Below are positions 54,462 through 60,627 of a stretch of 60,627 nucleotides of DNA, one piece after another (positions within the stretch are counted from its first letter, which is position 1; every line of letters begins with the position of its first letter). The stretch is from Phoronis australis (taxonomy: Eukaryota; Animalia; Phoronida). Location: assembly GCA_002633005.1 (NCBI GenBank), contig NMRA01000648.1, positions 167,909 to 228,535 on the forward strand, given 5' to 3'. A program made the translations under genes and the position numbers. The notes under the pieces were generated by a model. That model was not told the origin of the DNA. It did not search any database and saw only the letters and a program-made list of their open reading frames with translations.

Positions 54462-55036
54462 TTAATGGTGAATGGTATAATGACGAGGGGCTGATGAGAG
54501 TGCTTGCAACATTTCACTTACTTAGTAAAACCCCCTTTTTAATCTGCTTACTCAAGCTTAAGTAATTTTTTTTTGAATAAACATATATTGAGATAGCATC
54601 TGTTTTAAAGTTATAGATCTATGTTATTTTAGTATCGTCTGTCTCAGCAACATTGAAAGTCCAGTACAAAATATGTACTTGACACTCAAATACACTGGAA
54701 AATTTTTATGTGCCATGAAATGTTAAGTGTCAATGTGTAGTAACATAGAAATTGGTGGGGGCGGCTGTTCTCAACAATTGGGGGAGGCCAGTGCTGAACT
54801 AAGGATAGCCAGGGTGGCACAAATGATATGGGGTGACAAAAATTGGGAGACAAATGGTCAAGCAAGACAAGATGGGTGAAAATCAATAATGACCGCACAA
54901 ATTAGCATCAAACATTCTAGCCTTCTATGCCACTGACGATCTGTCATTCACTTACAAGAATTAATGTGTTTCTGGGCTTCAGCTGCCCAGCAAATTTGCT
55001 GTTCACTAACATTTTGATGGGAACCATGTTTTCCAG

Positions 55037-58000
55037 GTTCATCCAAACGACGACGCACCACTGAAAATCTTGATATTGAAGAGCGTCTTGAGTCTCTAAT
55101 CACTCGTGTAGGAGAAAAGGTCAGTTTCTGTCTACTTTCTTCTCTGCACTAGCTTTGTGGTTTTCCACTTCATTATTTGTTGATTTGTCGATTAATAGGA
55201 GTCTCTGTTGGTAACCCATGAGTGATTCTTAAAATTTGTGCCTGTGTATTGGAGTTTGGATCAGCTCAATGGTGATAATGCGAAAGTGTTTCACTGCTTG
55301 ATCATTTTAAATTTTGCTGCTTATTTCCTCCTGAGATTACATTCGGACACTATGTGAATCATACCAAATGCAGTACACATTCAGAAAACTATAGACAGCA
55401 GTTGCTTCTATTCTTGGTTGTCAATTTCAGTGATTGCTGATTTTTCATATTCTTGAATTTCAAATCTTACCTGGTACGACAATCTTTTATCAGCTCAACA
55501 AGACATTGCTGTTGACCCTGTTAATATTAGCTGTGCTGTATAGTTAATGCAACGTAAAAGATCATAGTAGATTGCAGATTTCTGCGCTTAGTAATTTTTT
55601 TGTTTGAAGCCAATGATCCGAGTCTTACATGTGTAGCTTGCTTGTGTGTTATGGTTGCAGAGTACCTCTTCACTGGAGAGTAACCTTGAAGGGCTGGCCA
55701 ATGTGCTGGAGGCTGATCTGTCCAATTACAAGTCAAAGATCATACGCTTACTGGTGGAATGGTAAACTAAACGCTTGTTATGCTCACTGCAGGAGAGTAG
55801 GCTCTCACTAGATGGTGCTTGTCAGTTTAGAAGATTGTGTTTTCTCTTTGATATCTGACGAGAGAGATAGCAGAAAGCTGTCCATGTGGATGTTCACTAG
55901 CTAATGGTCCCATTTAATGAATCTGAGTTCATGTTTGTTTGGCTGGGACCCTTTTTATGGGTTTTACATAACATATCGATGAACTGTTTCTCTGACCATT
56001 TTCAGGCGAGTGCAGGCCGTGTTAACTAGCTGGGCCCTCTCACACTCGAGGAGAGAGGTGCCTGTGTCTTCTGAGAGAAGTTTTTTGGTTGGAAAGAAAA
56101 TCCACCCTTTCTCCCTTAGTTGCCACCAATTCCACCCCCTTCGCCACTCCTTGTCTGCAAAGTAGCCAAAACTATGATCATGGGTCTAACTTTTAAAGGA
56201 TGTTTTCAATTGTTGAAGGGGAATTTTGGGGCTTAGTGAGGGGAATTGCACATGAATCAGGACAATATGCGACCCCCAAACTGAGGCATTGAGGGCCCGG
56301 TGTGTTGATCATTATTCATATTATAAATGTTAATTTTAGGATCAACAGTAGTTGTAATAATAGTTTTAGCAGAGGTGGGTGCAATTAGGCTAAACAGTAG
56401 GTTTTCACATACGATTGTAATTTTCGTTGTTGTTTGCAGCGTAGTTACCCTTCCAGAGAAGATGTCGGTGTACACTACACTGGTGGGCCTGCTCAATGCC
56501 AAAAACTACAATTGTGGCGGAGAGGTGAGGTTACTGGAAGATGTGTAGCAGACATTTTGCTAACATTTTGCTAACTGTGCATTTTGGTTATTTTGTTGGA
56601 AACCATAGCTACAAGTGTTTGTTCGGTTTGTTCGCTTGGCTTGTAAGTTATAGCAATATGAGTGATCTTGCCAAACTTGCTAGTTACTAGGTTAACTGAA
56701 CACACACCAGAAGTAACATTTGGTGATGGAAAACATGGCCCTCTTTGCCATGCTTCATACAAAATCTTGATTTGTCGTCCCTTGATAAGGCCGGTGTATT
56801 CTTAAGTTCACCTGTGTCCCTTTAGTTGACGATTTGCTCCATCTCCTCAGTTTGTTGAAGTCCTGGTGCGTTCCCTAAAGGAGGCACTGAAGACGGACAA
56901 CTATGTCGACGCACAGCTCATGGTGAGGTTTCTGGCCGACCTCGTCAACTGTCACGTGATTGTAGCCTCGTCCTTGCTGGCCATGTTCGACAGTTTTGTG
57001 GAGGTGACGTTGGAAGACAATATCCCCCAGGTACACTTGGATACATTTCAGCTGAAGTCCTCTGTTTTTGCCTGGAAAGAGATTTGTTGGTATAGTTACA
57101 AATTAAGCCCAACTTACAACGACTGATTTTTCAGATCCTAATCATAGTTTTAGTATTGTACCCAGATGTTTCTCAAAAGTTTGTTTCATATTTTGTATGA
57201 CACCAAATTTATTCGCATTTTCTGGGTAAATAAACTACCATGGTAAATGAATAACAATAGGAAGTATATCGTATAAAACCAGTTAAAATCCAAATAAAAT
57301 GATGTTGTGAAAATACATATTGCAATGTCAGATGCTGGTGAGCTGTGCTTCAAATTCAGTGTCTAATACGTAGTCATACAAAGTGAGTCACGTGAAAGGG
57401 GTATAGTACGTGCCAAAAATAATCTGACAAAATGTCCCACTTTTTCCCATCTTGACCACTGAGCGCGAGCGGAGTCTGCTGTCATGACGTCTAATTGCAA
57501 GCGAAATTCACTATCAGAGCAGTCAATTACCCGTCATGAATGGGAAATGGTATTTTGTCTGATTACTTTTAGCAAGTGTTGTCAGAATGTCATCAATGAA
57601 TAATAGTGCAATTAGTTTGATTGATGTCTTCAGGTTCGCGGAGACTGGTATGTGTACGCTGTCCTCTCATCTCTTCCCTGGGTAAGTTGATGCATGGGTC
57701 GTGTTACTGGTACACATTTTTCAAGTAAATAGTAAGACCAGCTAGGTTACCCGTTGTCCCATTGTTTTACTTTGTGTCCTTGTTTAAGATTCTGTTGAGG
57801 CTGTATAACATGATTGAATTTGATTAAATAACATGTTTTTGTTTTGTGCAACTTGTTTTTTCATGAAAGTCATAAAAAGTCTTGTTTTTGATAATCCCTC
57901 GTACAAAAGTTGAACTTTTTGACGGAAATTTATTGCAAAGTTTTGGAGGACAATACATAAACCATAGTATCTGAAAGTTTGATGTGAATCCGAACAGTTG

Positions 58001-60484
58001 TTTCTGAGATGTCATGCTCCGAAGTTTGCCAAATTATTTTTGAAATGTACTACACAATCTTAAAGATAATTTCCTTCATACAGTAACAGCGGACTGCAAT
58101 TTACTGTCATGTGGCTTTGTATTTACCATCTTTTCACTATGAACATTTCTTGCTTTAACTTTACAGGTTGGACGGGAGCTGTTTGATAAAAAGGAGACAG
58201 AATTTAACAAGATGTTGTCAACAATAAACAGCTATCTTAGGTATAAAGCACGTGATGCAACAAGGTCTACTGATTTAAGTAATAATTATGAGTCTTCTTA
58301 CTCGCCATGTTGATCACCTCACATGCCTCATAGTTCAATCTGAAATGAGGTCTGTCCCTACTGGGGCTTGAATCCAGAACTTTTGCTCACTGTGGTTTTG
58401 ATAGCTTGGTGGACTGGAGTATCCTGTGTTTGAGCCCTGGTTGGGACAGAGATCTTTTCAGTTCATAGGTCATGTGATTAGAACAACATGTGACGTGCAA
58501 GAAGACTAGTAATTCTTATTAGAGAGCTTCGAAGCCTTGAATGCGAACAAGTGAGGTTGTCATACTTTGCTTACTACATCACAATGTTGACCTACATTTT
58601 TGCACAATGTGTAAATAGCTGATCTCGCATAAGTGCATGTGATTTTTAGTTGATTTATCGTGAGAGATTGTTAAATTTATGCACTTTTCACATTTTTAGA
58701 AAGTTTAGTCATTCAGGAGATGATGTAAATTACTGCATGCCTCTCACTCGGTTGAATGTTTGAAATACCTTTGTTCTGAGACCCATGTTCTGTGCACTGA
58801 GGTTTCTCAGAAAATCCCTAGTAATCAGGTGGTAATGGGTGACACTGAAAAAGTGTACTCGTGTTTTGTGTTGAAACATCTCAATTTTGTTAATTCATTC
58901 AAAGCAAATGAGTGAATGATTTGATTGGAAATGTTCATAGCAAACAAGAATAAGTGAGATTTTTTAAATTAAACGCAACACTTTTTTTCTGCATTTTCGC
59001 CTCAGATCATTTTGGCACGAGAAAATAGACTGCTTAGAACTGTTATACATGGGGCATTGATAGTTTTTTGGGGCGTAATATAATGATGTCATCCCGGTTG
59101 TAGCCTTGACCACTCCCTCCCCTGCGACGACAACCATTTCCCTCTATTTGGTCACCCTGTTGAATACTCCTGACTACGACGGTGACTGGGTCAAGCTGCA
59201 CAAATGCTCAAGAATTCACAACCATGAATATTAGTTTTGAATACAAACAATACGTGCACTTTTGTTTTAATTATAAACATCAGTGGATGAAAATTTACTT
59301 TATAATACACAGAGATTATCTTAGCAAAATATCACCTCGACTTACTAGTCTGTCATAGACATCCAATACATTCGTATGTATTGCTTGAATGTTTTCCGTG
59401 GTTTGTCATCGACATCCAACATGAACACATCCAGTAAATCGAATTCTTTCAAGAGTGCCAAATTCAGCAAATCGTAATCTTTCATTTTCTTGCTGACTAC
59501 AGTGTCACTTAACTGTGAGTATGTGTAGCCGAAACAAAAAATGGAACACAATGCATACGCCCTCGTGAATCTGTGACCTGTTTGTGTTTAACATCTAGCT
59601 GAAGCTATCTACTTGTACCATACCAACACATACCATAGCAGCACATACCATAGCAGCACAATTATATATCACTCTTACTAGTTCCTTGTGTGTGAAAACT
59701 TGTGTCTGTGTATTTGAAGTGTGCTTGTATAATGTAACGTCTCTTTGACAATTCTGAGATTTTTTCAACATAGCATGACGAGTTAGTTATGAAGTCTATT
59801 TCATTTTTCGGTCATGTTGGTCACTGAAACACGCTGTACATTGTCCAGTCATAAAGATTTACTACCCGTATGTTTTACAGTTCATGTGCACAGTCTTATA
59901 CTTATTCATGGTGTCCCAAAACATGGTGCAAATACTCTGAAGTATGAGTCACAGTAAATAATGTTATTGCAAAATAATGCCGTTTTTTGCTCATTCTGAG
60001 CCTACCAAGTTTGTTTTGCCAGCCACAGAAGTTCGGGGAAAATGGCACGGTTGGGTTTTTATTCAGGAAACAATAAGTTGTCTGAAGTTTTTGTAACCAA
60101 TGCAATCAGTTTGCAGGTCAAGTTCAGGTTTGAAGGTTTCTTTAACATATCTCTTTTGCAAAATCCGAAAACAATTACGTAATGTGTTGCTAAGTTGTTG
60201 TGGGATCTGTGAGTAATTTTTGTGTCCTTCATTGAAATGAATAATGTTGTTTTGTCTGTACGCTGTAACTATACAGTCATGGACCGTGGAACTAAAGAGC
60301 AACCATAATTCAAAACAATATGTTCTGTTCAGTGGCCATTTGCCATTGTGTTACCTTGCACGTCACTGAATTTAATGTCCAGGTGGTAACTTACCGTGTC
60401 ACATCCTTTTGTAGCAAACGTCAGAAGATTCACACGCCAGCCTTAAAGGTATGGTCCTCTGACGAGCCTCACCCTCAAGAAGAG
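55037..60484 (+). CDS. NCBP1: Nuclear cap-binding protein subunit 1 (CBP80), partial: 7 coding exons seen, exon 1 not located, gene continues past window end
   Basis: Exons 55037-55119 ([27 protein letters not shown]), 55661-55761 ([31 protein letters not shown]), 56440-56524 ([25 protein letters not shown]), 56851-57030 (FVE...[13 protein letters not shown]...IPQ), 57634-57681 ([16 protein letters not shown]), 58167-58240 ([12 protein letters not shown]...), 60415-60484 ([23 protein letters not shown]). All GT-AG, phases consistent, and the peptides match the CBP80 N-terminal MIF4G region. Confidence 0.95.
58290..58510. repeat. Imperfect foldback (MITE-like) in an NCBP1 intron
   Basis: AGTCTTCTT...CTGAAATGAGGTCTGTCCCTACTGGGGCTTGAATCCAG versus CTGTGTTTGAGCCCTGGTTGGGACAGAGATCTTTTCAG...AAGAAGACT. 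Confidence 0.55.
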
Positions 60485-60627
60485 GTATGTTGTTTTTATT
60501 CTTGACTGCCCAACTCTTCATTTTTTGGCCTTCTGAGCGTCACCATACACTATAGTCGGTGGGCCAGATTTTGTAGGACCTCTAGAAAATGGTTTTTGTG
60601 AGTACTTTAGGGGGGCAATTTTATTTT

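Overview
Eukaryotic, AT-rich, intron-containing animal DNA, most likely a marine invertebrate draft assembly, with three N-gaps (18629-18795, 45639-46396, 47523-48496). Four conserved protein-coding genes can be rebuilt by hand from GT-AG splice sites with consistent phases. (1) A class-1 P4-ATPase lipid flippase, ATP8B2/ATP8B4-like (+ strand, 22 coding exons at 7138-26216, first coding exon not located). (2) Mitoribosomal MRPS30/mL65 (- strand, 5 exons, 36680 to 30648), tail-to-tail with the flippase. (3) A 9-unit polyubiquitin (+, 42108-44165) with HSE/CCAAT/TATA promoter and a 5'-UTR intron; its monomers are not identical (three carry D24, six carry E24, all carry T28). (4) The 5' part of NCBP1/CBP80 (+, 55037 to beyond the window end, exon 1 not located). 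Non-coding DNA is rich in small non-autonomous elements: a Helitron with both termini, Helentron/HINE-like elements, MITEs of Tc1/mariner-, hAT- and Merlin-like type, foldbacks, a retroelement gag-like remnant, minisatellites and perfect palindromes. No prokaryotic-type system (CRISPR, operon, rRNA) is present. Most short ORFs in the supplied track are spurious or are exon fragments. I found no clearly novel biological system; the best leads are the mixed-monomer polyubiquitin, its AG|GTAAG acceptor, and the well-defined small transposons and hairpins.
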